From positions 603,234 through 667,233 of the forward strand of contig OZ246413.1 of the NCBI GenBank assembly GCA_965231085.1: a stretch of 64,000 nt of DNA. The letters are read 5' to 3'. A program made the translations under genes and the position numbers. Every line of letters starts with the position of its first letter. The first letter of the stretch is position 1. This document shows positions 63,772 through 64,000 of the stretch, piece by piece. The DNA comes from an uncultured Candidatus Saccharibacteria bacterium (GTDB lineage: Bacteria > Patescibacteriota > Saccharimonadia > Saccharimonadales > UBA10212). Under the pieces are notes generated by a model that saw nothing but the letters and a program-made list of their open reading frames with translations, did no database searches and was not told the origin of the DNA.

Positions 63772-64000
63772 ATGCTTAAAGTGTCCAGATTAATATTGTC
63801 TGCCGTACTACCGATTGTTTTTGCAGTGGTTCTATTTGCTGCACCGGTTAATGCTCAGAAGGCTGATATTCAAAATGGACTATGCACGGGCGCCAACCTC
63901 GAACTGACTGGCAATATCAGCAGTAACGCCTGCAGTACTACCGACCCAAATAAGAAAATTAACGACTTCGTACACAAAGTGATTAATCTCTTTTCGGCTG
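63772..64000 (+). CDS. T4SS pilin-like protein, paralog 7 (partial, continues past window end)
   Basis: MLKVSRLILSAVLPIVFAVVLFAAPVNA signal peptide and a 2-Cys head (GLCTGA...NACSTT). It has the same layout as paralogs 5 and 6. TATAAT at 63760-63765 lies 6 nt before the ATG. Confidence 0.65.
   Translation, partial: MLKVSRLILSAVLPIVFAVVLFAAPVNAQKADIQNGLCTGANLELTGNISSNACSTTDPNKKINDFVHKVINLFSA

Noticed and set aside
47069-64000. Interpretation as an integrated conjugative element or prophage
   Set aside because: No integrase, relaxase, coupling protein, replication/partition genes or flanking direct repeats are visible. This cannot be excluded for sequence beyond 64000, so it is kept as the refutation test of the main finding and is not called.
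1-64000. Alternative genetic code (UGA recoding, as in some CPR lineages)
   Set aside because: TGA terminates conserved genes at their expected lengths, for example uppP at 5769-5771 and the gene ending at 22096-22098. Conserved proteins translate uninterrupted with the standard code.

Overview
This is a 64-kb chromosomal window spanning the replication origin of a gene-dense bacterium. The genetic code appears standard, since TGA terminates conserved genes such as uppP. Gene content suggests a monoderm, small-genome lineage, possibly Patescibacteria/CPR (Saccharibacteria-like). That taxon call is inference only. The window has four blocks. (1) 1-10.4 kb is a mixed housekeeping and accessory block. 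It holds a CBS-domain membrane protein, a DsbA-like oxidoreductase, an Nramp transporter, an orphan Zn-ribbon protein behind a structured leader, and uppP. It also holds tRNA-Asn(GTT) followed 137 nt later by an exact 18-nt copy of its own 3' end, a Crp/Fnr regulator next to a perfect TGTGA-N6-TCACA palindrome, and an SDR. (2) 10.4-41 kb is a roughly 30-kb surface-glycan locus. It contains an initiating phosphoglycosyl transferase and about 12 glycosyltransferase domains, including GT10 and GT11 fucosyltransferase-like enzymes. It also contains two SAM methyltransferases, a Wzm/Wzt ABC exporter, two Wzy_C (O-antigen ligase/polymerase family) proteins, GtrA, glmS, galE and a full GDP-fucose supply route (PMM-like, ManC-like, Gmd, Fcl). 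(3) 41-47 kb is the origin: jag-yidC-rnpA-rpmH (minus strand), a DnaA-box cluster, dnaA, a second DnaA-box cluster, then dnaN-recF. (4) 47-64 kb is the most interesting part, a type IV secretion (T4SS)-like locus. One tightly packed 13.9-kb minus-strand operon encodes a VirB6-like giant, a PrgI/VirB3-like protein, a VirB4 ATPase, an M23-domain giant, a lysozyme-like/C39-like hydrolase and unknowns. It is divergent from at least 7 tandem VirB2/TrbC-like pilin paralogs. No relaxase, coupling ATPase or integrase is visible. I saw no rRNA, CRISPR array, transposase or integrase. Two real genes are absent from the supplied ORF track: rpmH (45 aa) and a 224-codon ORF running off the left edge.
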